Source of the DNA: an uncultured Chloroflexia bacterium
Lineage (GTDB): Bacteria; Chloroflexota; Dehalococcoidia; GIF9; UBA5629
Reading direction: 5' to 3'
DNA length: 64,000 nt
Assembly (NCBI GenBank): GCA_963752975.1
Contig: CAVWAG010000007.1
Span: forward strand, 1,793-65,792
Shown: piece by piece, positions 9,715-17,456 of the stretch
Position numbering within the stretch: the first letter of the stretch is position 1
Layout: every line of letters starts with the position of its first letter
The notes under the pieces: model-generated
What the model saw: only the letters and a program-made list of their open reading frames with translations
Databases searched by the model: none
What the model was told of the DNA's origin: nothing
Translations under genes and position numbers: made by a program

Positions 9715-9780
9715 GCAATGACGAGAGGAAAAGGGCCAATACAAAAACGTCATTGCTAGGAGCGCAGCGACGAAGCAATC
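9715..9780. repeat. REP-like units (42-bp hairpin unit plus one core unit)
   Basis: GCAATGACGAGAGGAAAAGGGCCAATACAAAAACGTCATTGC lies at 9715-9756 and repeats directly at 10117-10158 with one mismatch. It is followed by TAGGAGCGCAGCGACGAAGCAATC. Confidence 0.8.
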
Positions 9781-9795
9781 TTGTATAATGCATCT

Positions 9796-10087
9796 ATGGG
9801 CGAAAGACATTTCTATGTGTACGTCATAACCAATTGGAAAAACACGGTGCTTTATACTGGTGTGACTAATGATCTTAAAAGACGCGTTTATGAACACAAA
9901 GAAAAGATTGTTGAGGGTTTCGCCAAACGCTACAATCTGACAAAGCTGGTATATTACGTAGGTTGCGGAAACTGCTGAGGCAGCAATTCTCCGTGAGAAA
10001 CAGCTCAAAGCCGGGGCCAGGCAAAAGAAAGTGGAACTCGTTGAAGGGCTGAATAAAACGTGGTCGGATCTTTATCCTGAATTGTAA
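9796..10087 (+). pseudogene. GIY-YIG nuclease family protein (COG2827-type, about 96 aa), frameshifted
   Basis: MGERHFYVYVITNWKNTVLYTGVTNDLKRRVYEHKEKIVEGFAKRYNLTKLVYY (GIY...YIG motifs) stops at 9978. The +1 frame continues VAETAEAAILREKQLKAGARQKKVELVEGLNKTWSDLYPEL*, which is the conserved C-terminal half. The shift is near 9958-9963. Confidence 0.8.
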
Positions 10088-10089
10088 TA

Positions 10090-10158
10090 GATTGCCACGG
10101 CCGCTGTGGCGGCCTCGCAATGACGAGAGGAAAAGGGTCAATACAAAAACGTCATTGC
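10090..10158. repeat. REP-like units (inverted core unit plus the second copy of the 42-bp hairpin unit)
   Basis: GATTGCCACGGCCGCTGTGGCGGCCTCGCAATGAC is followed by the 42-bp unit at 10117-10158. Confidence 0.8.
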
Positions 10159-11259
10159 GGGTATATTACTCAAAAAAAGTTGCTAATTTGACGCATTTTG
10201 GTAATAACAGTACCAACGAATATATTGAATTCTGTGTTCCTTTGTTAAACCTCTATGGCGACGATAGTCTGCCTTAAGCCGCGAATGAAACCCTTCCAGT
10301 GCATTGGTTGTAGCGTGTACGTTGCTATTGACAAGGTAATGGAACATATCTGACAAGGCGTTGTTTAGTAGTACCACGGTGCGTTGAAGATCCTTATAAG
10401 CAATGGTTGTATGAGGCAGAGACAGGACAAAACTCCCGTATTTTTTAATCCAGTTATCATATATACTGACCCAAGTATCTCGTTCCTGAACGGTCTTGAT
10501 CCTGCTGAGTTTTGAAATAATGTTGCGTAATTCTCTACCTGCCTCGGTTTTGGGATATGTTCTCAACCAGCGCATTCCTTCACGTTGCAAGTGATATAAA
10601 CACCTTTGGAGTTTTACGTTCGGCCAAACGAGTTTCATGGCACGTATGATTGATCGTTCACCATCCGTTGTAACAAATACAGGGTCCAATCCCTGGCGCT
10701 TCAAGTTCATAAACCAATTATACGAATCCCTGAAGCTCTCTTTACGAACATAGGTATGTGCAATTATCTTTTGATTTGTTGCATTCATGAGATTTAGCAT
10801 GCATCCATCCTTGTGAAAGTAGGTAGCATCATAAATAACATAAAGGATTTCCTCGTAATTAATACGCTCTTTCGGTATTTGTCCTAGCCAGTAATTTATT
10901 ATTCTATTGAGTTTGTTCGTGCTATAACCTGAGAGTTTGCAAAGTAACCTAACAGAACAACTCTCCTTTATCCACAATCTAAACCAATGCTGACGTCGTG
11001 CAATGCTATTGTGCTTCGCTTTCCAGATAAATGTCCTATGACAGTGCAAACACTGAAATCGCTGCTTTTGTAATGCGTCTGTTCCATAGAGTTTAATACC
11101 CTCTGATCCACACCGGGGGCATTTTTTTATGCATTCTAATTACCTCAATCATTGAAACGGTTGAATGATTGACACTAAAACGATTCCATTTTAAAAAAAA
11201 TACTCTCAAAATTTACTCGTTATGAAAATTTCTAGCAACTTTTTTTGAGTAATATGCCC
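10159..11259 (-). mobile_element. IS element copy 2 (inverted relative to copy 1)
   Basis: It has the same ends (GGGTATATTACTCAAAAAAAGTTGCTA at 10159-10185; ...GAGTAATATGCCC ending at 11259). It is flanked by the direct 5-bp repeat ATTGC (10154-10158 and 11260-11264). The encoded transposase is identical. It is 1 nt longer than copy 1 (A7/T7 versus T6 in the right-end homopolymer). Confidence 0.85.
10183..11049 (-). CDS. DDE transposase, identical to 8825..9691
   Basis: The 288-aa translation is identical in the ORF track. The same out-of-frame Zn-ribbon leader and T7 (A7 on the coding strand) run are present at about 11122-11128. Confidence 0.8.
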   Translation of the reverse strand: MHCHRTFIWKAKHNSIARRQHWFRLWIKESCSVRLLCKLSGYSTNKLNRIINYWLGQIPKERINYEEILYVIYDATYFHKDGCMLNLMNATNQKIIAHTYVRKESFRDSYNWFMNLKRQGLDPVFVTTDGERSIIRAMKLVWPNVKLQRCLYHLQREGMRWLRTYPKTEAGRELRNIISKLSRIKTVQERDTWVSIYDNWIKKYGSFVLSLPHTTIAYKDLQRTVVLLNNALSDMFHYLVNSNVHATTNALEGFHSRLKADYRRHRGLTKEHRIQYIRWYCYYQNASN

Positions 11260-11333
11260 ATTGCGAGCCGGAAGGGCGCGGCAATCCTTCCACTACCCAA
11301 GGATTGCTTCGTCGCTGCGCTCCTCGCAATGAC
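11260..11333. repeat. REP-like unit cluster
   Basis: ATTGCGAGCCGGAAGGGCGCGGCAATCC is followed by the inverted GATTGCTTCGTCGCTGCGCTCCTCGCAATGAC. ORF 11213..11401 is a repeat translation. Confidence 0.8.
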
Positions 11334-11348
11334 GAAGCGCTGCCTGTC

Positions 11349-12128
11349 TTAAGAAAACTTCCTGATGTCAGCAAAGGCAGCCTTAATGGTTTCCCTGGCA
11401 AAGGGCACTATCCTGCTGTTGCAGTGCACTTCGTCCGCCAGGTAGTACTTCTTGATGAAACCATGCTCATTTGAAGCAATGGACTGCACATCAACGTAGG
11501 GTACATCAATCGATTTGCAGAAGGCCATCAGTCTTTCATTGAATTTCTTCGAGATCTCGCTTCTTTCCCTGGGCTTACCTGAGAACGGCAGGGCCGTGAT
11601 GAATTCCTTGCTGGCCGCCGGCGGTATGCCGTGAACGCACACTGCAAAACCATCCTGCTTGATCCTTTCAATAGCCAACCCGTACCTTTCCACCGTGCGG
11701 TCGATGAGTGTATCGATGCTCACGGTTTTTCCGCTCTTGCCGTACTGCAGATAGATGTGAACACGGGCATCGATCTCTCCAAAAACCAGGAAGACAACAT
11801 CCCTCCTCTTATTTATCTTTGAAAGAAACAATTGGAGGAACTCGGCAGACCGGGTAAAGCTATGTTCCTTAATCAGGTTATAGGCTGTGGCCTGCGAGAT
11901 ATGCTCTACCAGGAAGGGGCATTTATAGATAAATGGCTTGACATGGCTATCGCCGATGACATGGATGATACAGGTATTAAATAAGCGGCCTTTTATCCTC
12001 AGCAGCGTATTGAAAAATACCAGCGGGGGATACTTGAAAACCATGTCCCAAAACGGGAAATAAATGGCGCCGTGCCTTTGCAGCCAGGCAAGCCGTGACA
12101 GCTTATAGTTCTTCCAAAATCCTTGCAT
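11349..12128 (-). CDS. Hypothetical protein, possible SGNH/GDSL-type hydrolase
   Basis: A 259-aa protein. VIGDSHV (block I GDS-like) and ADEVHCN (block V DxxH-like) hint at the SGNH fold. I recognise no other family. Confidence 0.45.
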   Translation of the reverse strand: MQGFWKNYKLSRLAWLQRHGAIYFPFWDMVFKYPPLVFFNTLLRIKGRLFNTCIIHVIGDSHVKPFIYKCPFLVEHISQATAYNLIKEHSFTRSAEFLQLFLSKINKRRDVVFLVFGEIDARVHIYLQYGKSGKTVSIDTLIDRTVERYGLAIERIKQDGFAVCVHGIPPAASKEFITALPFSGKPRERSEISKKFNERLMAFCKSIDVPYVDVQSIASNEHGFIKKYYLADEVHCNSRIVPFARETIKAAFADIRKFS

Positions 12129-12200
12129 GACGCTATACGGGTAAGCTGGTCTCGCTAAAAAGCCGGACAGGTTAAAGGGCCAGTTTCAAAGCGCCCGTTA

Positions 12201-12713
12201 TCAGATGAAACGTTCGAATCTTTCTTTCCTGGCTTTGCATACGGGGCAGATTTCCGGCGGGCCATCGCGGGCGCACAGGTAGCCGCATACTTTGCAGCGC
12301 CAGACCGGCAAGGGCAATTTGTTCCAGTTTACATCAACGGCCCGGGCCGCCTTCTTTTTCCGTTCTGATCGCGGTGGACGGCTCTCAGGAATGGACTGCA
12401 ACGCCTGTTTGCCCTCCAGTACCGCCTGCGATATGTACAGCGCGCAGTAACAGGCGCCATTATCAACAACATCCCGGTCCCTGTAGTCACAGGGGCAGAT
12501 TATATCCAGGTCGTCCTCCTTATTCCCCATGGACAGCCTGCACGGGCAGGATGGATAGCCGTAGCGCGCTTGATTGACCAGCAGGCCCTCTATAAGGTTC
12601 CTGGTGAAGCTAACATCGGGGTTGATATTATATCCCCCGGCTATGGCATCTTTTTTATATTTTTCATAAGCCCGGTCGATTTCTTCGGGGCTGATAGAGA
12701 TGGTCTCACTCAC
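12201..12713 (-). CDS. Ferredoxin:thioredoxin reductase catalytic-subunit-like protein fused to a C-terminal rubredoxin
   Basis: [25 protein letters not shown]...GACYCALY matches the FTRc CPC...CPC...CxC pattern. The C-terminus [24 protein letters not shown] is a rubredoxin-type 2x CxxC. Confidence 0.8.
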   Translation of the reverse strand: MSETISISPEEIDRAYEKYKKDAIAGGYNINPDVSFTRNLIEGLLVNQARYGYPSCPCRLSMGNKEDDLDIICPCDYRDRDVVDNGACYCALYISQAVLEGKQALQSIPESRPPRSERKKKAARAVDVNWNKLPLPVWRCKVCGYLCARDGPPEICPVCKARKERFERFI

Positions 12714-13033
12714 AGTTTCAACGCCTGTTTAATAGCGTCCTCTTTAAACCCGACAATGCATTTGCTGTCGTTGATTACCAGAGTCGGGAAAGAACAATCG
12801 GGGTTCCACTTTTCTATCAAAGCGATGGCCTGTTCCTTTTCCGGCCCCGGTAACAGGTCAACAAACAGGTAATCATAGCCAACGCCCAGGTCGTTTAGAA
12901 GCTGTTTGGTTTTTCTGCACCACTGGCAGGTGCTCAAAGCATACAGCATCAGCTTGCCGGCGTTCTTACCCTCTACATGTTCAATCTTCATAATATCCGC
13001 TCCTCTAAAGTTACGGGGCAACCTCTGATTCAA
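12710..13033 (-). CDS. Glutaredoxin/thioredoxin-fold protein (CxxC = CQWC)
   Basis: A 107-aa protein with [17 protein letters not shown] and a glutaredoxin-like layout. Its stop overlaps the FTRc-like start (4-nt overlap), implying translational coupling. Confidence 0.75.
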   Translation of the reverse strand: MNQRLPRNFRGADIMKIEHVEGKNAGKLMLYALSTCQWCRKTKQLLNDLGVGYDYLFVDLLPGPEKEQAIALIEKWNPDCSFPTLVINDSKCIVGFKEDAIKQALKL

Positions 13034-13156
13034 ACCCCTGTTCCATCTGAATAATATCTTAAACCGTTGAATACTGGCAAATAGCGGATTATTGACAGCG
13101 TTAACAATTCCTTTGTAATATCACTAAGCGCACTTGAAACGGGGGTACGATAGAAA

Positions 13157-13744
13157 ATGGATAAATTCAATATCAACGCAGGGAACTCCTTATTCCTGCT
13201 GATCGATTTCCAGAGCAACCTGGCCGTTGCCATGAAAGAGGATGTCTATGCAAATTGCCAGAGAAATGTCGGCCTGATCATAGAGTCCTGCCATGCTCTT
13301 AATGTGCCGATCCTGGTTACAGAGCAGTACAGCAAGGGATTAGGCCACACCGTTGAGCGTATAAAAACCAGCCTGAGAGATGATTACCGTCCTTATGACA
13401 AGCTTACTTTCAGTTGCTACCGTGACGCCGCGTTCTTAGCTTCATTCTCTCAACAAAACAAGAAATACATCATGGTTGCCGGCATAGAATCACACGTGTG
13501 TGTCCTCCAGTCGGTTTTGGACCTTGTCGCAAACGGCTATTACGTTCACGTTATCAGCGACACGGTGTGTTCCCGCTATAAAAAGGACTGGGAGAATGCC
13601 ATGCTTTATATGCGGCAGGCGGGAGCTGTAATTACGACTACGGAGATCGCTGTTTTTCAACTCTTACAAAAAGCAGGTACCCCGGAATTCAAGGTCATCT
13701 CCCCGTTATTCAAAAACAAGGAGTCTTACTGGTCGGATAAGTGA
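13157..13744 (+). CDS. Isochorismatase-family cysteine hydrolase
   Basis: A 195-aa protein with LLIDFQ, VTEQY and GIESHVCVLQS motifs typical of the isochorismatase/YcaC family. Confidence 0.8.
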   Translation: MDKFNINAGNSLFLLIDFQSNLAVAMKEDVYANCQRNVGLIIESCHALNVPILVTEQYSKGLGHTVERIKTSLRDDYRPYDKLTFSCYRDAAFLASFSQQNKKYIMVAGIESHVCVLQSVLDLVANGYYVHVISDTVCSRYKKDWENAMLYMRQAGAVITTTEIAVFQLLQKAGTPEFKVISPLFKNKESYWSDK

Positions 13745-13762
13745 TCTGCCCGGACAATATCT

Positions 13763-14500
13763 ATGCAAAACCGCCGCGGTCTAATAATTATTGCCAGCCT
13801 GCTGGTCCTGATATCACTGGTCCTGTACATTGCGCTTTTCTTGATTTTCAATGATGCCAAAGACATTTTCTTTTATACTTTGCTGGACCTGGCCTTCCTG
13901 CCGCTCCAGGTACTGATCGTTGGCATCGTTATCGAGCGCATTATGGTTAAGCGCGAGATAGATGAGAAAATCAGTAAATTGAATATGGTGGTGGGCACAT
14001 TTTTCTCTGAAGTCGGCCATCCGCTTTCCGCAATGTTTTTAAATTCAACTCCAGACAGGGAAAGGATCATCCCCAATCTGGACATCACTCCCGCCTGGAA
14101 AACACAGGAGTATGTCAGGGCCCGCAAATATGCCGAAAAGGATACTAACGTAGATTTCACCAACATCGACCTTGAAGCGTTGAAGTCATTCCTGACCGGT
14201 AAACGCCAATTTTTATTGACACTGATTGAAAATCCCAATCTCCTGGAACATGAGAGGTTTACCGACCTGCTGTTAGCGTCATTTCATCTGGCCGAGGAAC
14301 TCGAATCACGTCCCTTGCTGGCCCATCTACCGGCAAGCGATATTGCACATCTCAAGGGTGATATCAATCGCGCCTACCGGTACCTGGTCATCGAGTGGCT
14401 GGACTACATGCAACACGTGCAATCCAATTATCCGTTTTTATATTCGCATTACGTCAGGACGCATCCCTTCCAGGCGCATCCCTCGGCTGTCATCGAATAG
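13763..14500 (+). CDS. Hypothetical membrane protein (2 N-terminal TM helices plus a helical soluble domain)
   Basis: A 245-aa ORF with a hydrophobic N-terminus (LIIIASLLVLISLVLYIALFLIF, LAFLPLQVLIVGIVI). I recognise no family. Confidence 0.5.
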   Translation: MQNRRGLIIIASLLVLISLVLYIALFLIFNDAKDIFFYTLLDLAFLPLQVLIVGIVIERIMVKREIDEKISKLNMVVGTFFSEVGHPLSAMFLNSTPDRERIIPNLDITPAWKTQEYVRARKYAEKDTNVDFTNIDLEALKSFLTGKRQFLLTLIENPNLLEHERFTDLLLASFHLAEELESRPLLAHLPASDIAHLKGDINRAYRYLVIEWLDYMQHVQSNYPFLYSHYVRTHPFQAHPSAVIE

Positions 14501-14638
14501 CCAATTACACAGGCGCCCTCCAGGCAACCGTGCCGCTTACACTGAATTGGAACCGATTTGCTCCCTGCGCGTGCATTAACTAAACTAATATCAGGTGGTA
14601 TTGTTGCTAACAGGCGGCATGCCAGGCGGAGGAGCGAA

Positions 14639-15260
14639 ATGAACAAAATAAAATCGTTTGTCCTCAAGCACTACAGAATGTTACTGACAGTATTCATTCC
14701 GGTAGCGGTCGTAGCGGTTATATTCGCAATCCCCTTTCTGACGGTAGCCGTGCCCGTGACGGAGTCGTACTGGGACACCGTTATAAAAACGGAGCCGTAT
14801 ACCGATAATGAAACCTACACGGATTCGGAGGCGTACGTTGCGACCGAGACCCGCACTGATACCGTGGTCAACCAGGCGGTTGGATACGGGGGATGGACCC
14901 AGAGTTTTAAAGTTGCCAAAGCCGATTCGACTGTTACCATCGAGGTTAATAATTATGGCGGCGGCAGCTACTATCGCGCCGAGATATTTCGTGGTAGGCG
15001 ATAATTACAGCCCGTATTATTCACCGTGGTCACCCATGTCCCCCTGGTCCTCCTGGTACGGCGGCGGGTGGGACAATTTCGGTGGCGGGCAATCCTGGGC
15101 GACGGTGCGTGTCAGTTACCCGGAAGATGTGACCAAGTACAGGCCGGTTACCAAAACCAGGGTGGTAACCAAGTACCGGGATGTGCCAACCCAGGTTCTC
15201 AAAGACAGGACGACTATCCAAAATGTTAAAATGTCCATCTGGCAAAGCATATTCAGGTAG
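14639..15260 (+). pseudogene. Hypothetical membrane-anchored protein, apparent frameshift
   Basis: The ATG at 14639 follows a GGAGGA RBS. MNKIKSFVLKHYRMLLTVFIPVAVVAVIFAI... ends at 15004, and the 14808..15260 frame continues with ...YFVVGDNYSPYYSPWSPMSPW...VTKYRPVTKTRVVTKYRDVP. The join is near 14965-14990. The single-gene interpretation is inferred. Confidence 0.4.
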
Positions 15261-15301
15261 TTGCCTGCAGCCCGTTAGTATGCATTTATGAGGACGGAGA
15301 T

Positions 15302-15484
15302 ATGAAAGAATCGATCATGGAGATAATTGTCTGCCCCGTGTGTAAAGAGGCTCTCGATCTGACGGTCACGGAAAAGACCGACGGCGAGATAATTGCCGGC
15401 TCCCTCTTCTGCCGGAAATGCAATTACTCCTACGCCATTAAAGACAGCATCCCCAACCTGCTGCCGCCCAATGTCAGCAGTTAA
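15302..15484 (+). CDS. Trm112-family small zinc-ribbon protein
   Basis: A 60-aa protein. IVCPVCKEALD...LFCRKCNYSYAIKDSIPNLLP is the Trm112/YbaR (DUF343) pattern. Confidence 0.75.
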   Translation: MKESIMEIIVCPVCKEALDLTVTEKTDGEIIAGSLFCRKCNYSYAIKDSIPNLLPPNVSS

Positions 15485-15490
15485 ACAGGG

Positions 15491-15859
15491 TTACCCGGGT
15501 TTATAGACGGCGCACGACTCCGGCGATTCCCATACCTCGACGCTGTCTACAACCTCAGCAGACGGGAAATTGGGTAACAACCGCTGGTAAACCGTAGCTG
15601 CGATATTCTCGGAAGAGGGGTTGATTCTGTCAAACGGTTCTATCTCATTCAGGCAAGAATGATCATATTTCCCAACGATCTCACCCAACTGTTTTTTTAA
15701 ATCGCTGAAATCATAGGCAAGCCCGATCTCATTCAGGCCGGATAAGCGCAACCGGGCCACCACTTTAAACCTGTGGCCGTGCAGTTTCTCGCATTTGCCC
15801 TGATAGCCCCGCAGAAAATGAGCGGCGCTAAAACTACTCTCTACAGCGATATAATACAT
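15491..15859 (-). CDS. 6-pyruvoyl-tetrahydropterin synthase family protein (QueD/PTPS-III type)
   Basis: A 122-aa protein with CEKLHGHRFKV (CxxxHGH). It lies directly downstream of folP-folK on the same strand. Confidence 0.85.
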   Translation of the reverse strand: MYYIAVESSFSAAHFLRGYQGKCEKLHGHRFKVVARLRLSGLNEIGLAYDFSDLKKQLGEIVGKYDHSCLNEIEPFDRINPSSENIAATVYQRLLPNFPSAEVVDSVEVWESPESCAVYKPG

Positions 15860-15860
15860 G

Positions 15861-16367
15861 TTATTCCCCTGCCAAATTTAACCCGATCCGGCCTGCTTTT
15901 ACAACCCTGCTCCGCGAATCCGACTCTGTTAACAACTGAGCTATCGTTTTATGTAAAACTGGATGTGTGAAGTCCGCGTCTATCTCGGCCAGGGGCACCA
16001 TTACGAAGAGACGCTGCTGGATGCGCGGATGGGGAACTACCAGGCCGGGCTCCTTAATCACCTCCCGCCCATAGAACAGCAGGTCGGCATCTATGAGGCG
16101 GGGCCCACCCTCGAATGAACCCACCCGTCCCAACTGCTTCTCCATACCTTTCAGGATGGCCAACACTGCGAGGGCATCAACCTCAACCTCAGCCAGGACA
16201 ACGCAGTTGAGGAAATCCGGCTGCCCTTTATAGCCTTCAGGTTCCGTTTCATAGACCGATGACGTTTTGATAATTGTCATACTTTTGGACAACAGGGATA
16301 TGGCCCTGTTTATATTGGCCGGCCTGTCGCCCAGGTTGGTCCCCAACCCGATATATGCCCCTGTCAT
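15861..16367 (-). CDS. folK: 2-amino-4-hydroxy-6-hydroxymethyldihydropteridine diphosphokinase
   Basis: A 168-aa protein with AYIGLGTNLGDR, GPRLIDADLL and VVPHPR motifs. Confidence 0.9.
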   Translation of the reverse strand: MTGAYIGLGTNLGDRPANINRAISLLSKSMTIIKTSSVYETEPEGYKGQPDFLNCVVLAEVEVDALAVLAILKGMEKQLGRVGSFEGGPRLIDADLLFYGREVIKEPGLVVPHPRIQQRLFVMVPLAEIDADFTHPVLHKTIAQLLTESDSRSRVVKAGRIGLNLAGE

Positions 16368-17230
16368 CGCTCATCCCGGACCCTGATAACGGCGTCACAC
16401 ATACGGCAAACGAGCGACATCGCGGCGACATCATGTACGCGGACCATATCGGCGCCGTTGACTATGCCGATGGCCAGTGTCGCCGCCGTCCCCTGCAATA
16501 AAGCTTCACTATCCTCACCCAGCACATTGCGTATAAAAGATTTGCGGGAAGTCCCGATTAAGATGGGACGCCCCAGCGTTTTCAAATCAGCGAGTTTACG
16601 CAGTATCTCAAGATTCTGATCCTGCGTCTTCCCGAATCCGATGCCCGGGTCGATCACCAGGTTTTGACGGCTGACACCCGCGTCAATCGCCAACCGGATC
16701 AAGCCCTGCAAACTGCTGACAACTGTTCCGGTAATATCACGGCTTGGCTGCCCCCGTTCATTACTGGTAAGCACAACAGGTACCTGCCTCTCCGCAACCA
16801 GCCTGAGCATAGACGGATGCATCTTCAGCCCGGAGATATCATTGACCATGCTCACGCCTGCATCGAGGGCCTGCACGGCCACCTCATATTTATAGGTATC
16901 GATACTGATCGGGATGCTCGCCGATCTCACTAACTCTTTGATAAATGGGATTACGCGTTTTAGCTCTTCCTCCACCGGTACGGGAGCGGCATCGGGCCGT
17001 GTAGATTCTCCGCCCACGTCAATTATATCGGCGCCCTCCCCGGCAAAGCGGACCGCCTGCTGCAGCGCCTCATCAATTGATCGACAACCATCTCCTGAAA
17101 ATGAATCCGGAGACAGGTTTATAACGCCCATGATATAGGTGCGTTTGCCCCAGGCAAAGACGCTGTCACGGCAACGCGTAACGCCCAAAGCATTTCCTGT
17201 AACCTCATTTTCATGCGCCATTTGAATCAC
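16364..17230 (-). CDS. folP: Dihydropteroate synthase
   Basis: A 288-aa protein with IMGVINLSPDSFSGDG, IIDVGGESTRP and VNDISG motifs. It has a 4-nt overlap with folK. Confidence 0.92.
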   Translation of the reverse strand: MIQMAHENEVTGNALGVTRCRDSVFAWGKRTYIMGVINLSPDSFSGDGCRSIDEALQQAVRFAGEGADIIDVGGESTRPDAAPVPVEEELKRVIPFIKELVRSASIPISIDTYKYEVAVQALDAGVSMVNDISGLKMHPSMLRLVAERQVPVVLTSNERGQPSRDITGTVVSSLQGLIRLAIDAGVSRQNLVIDPGIGFGKTQDQNLEILRKLADLKTLGRPILIGTSRKSFIRNVLGEDSEALLQGTAATLAIGIVNGADMVRVHDVAAMSLVCRMCDAVIRVRDER

Positions 17231-17281
17231 ATTTCCCGCTTGGTTAACAATCCGATTTTAGCATTTGCCTGTTATACCGAT

Positions 17282-17308
17282 GTAGGGGCGTACCTTCAGG
17301 TGCGCCCG
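17282..17308. repeat. 27-nt hairpin repeat GTAGGGGCGTACCTTCAGGTGCGCCCG
   Basis: An identical 27-mer recurs at 56148-56174. The arms GGGCGTACC/GGTGCGCCC can pair with one mismatch. Confidence 0.7.
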
Positions 17309-17456
17309 CAAGAACGGACTTTTCAGCAATACCATACATACAGGAATATTTTACCATTTGCCCATTTTAGACGGTAGATAGATTTAGATATATATCAGAT
17401 CAATATGGTAAAATACTTACTCCATTGCCGGTGTCAGGGATATTACTTTCAGAGTA

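Noticed and set aside
8615-11259. The IS-cassette-IS arrangement, considered as a composite transposon that moved as a unit.
   Set aside because: Each IS has its own direct 5-bp duplication. The sequences flanking the outer ends (GCAAT and ATTGC) are reverse complements rather than a direct repeat. The structure is therefore best explained by two independent insertions.
13030-13233. ORFs 13030..13233 (-), 4523..4801 (+), 32431..32682 (+) and 46431..46695 (-) in intergenic or promoter regions.
   Set aside because: None has an RBS or recognisable motif. They overlap better-supported starts, promoters or the true (frameshifted) rsmD reading frame. They are treated as non-coding.
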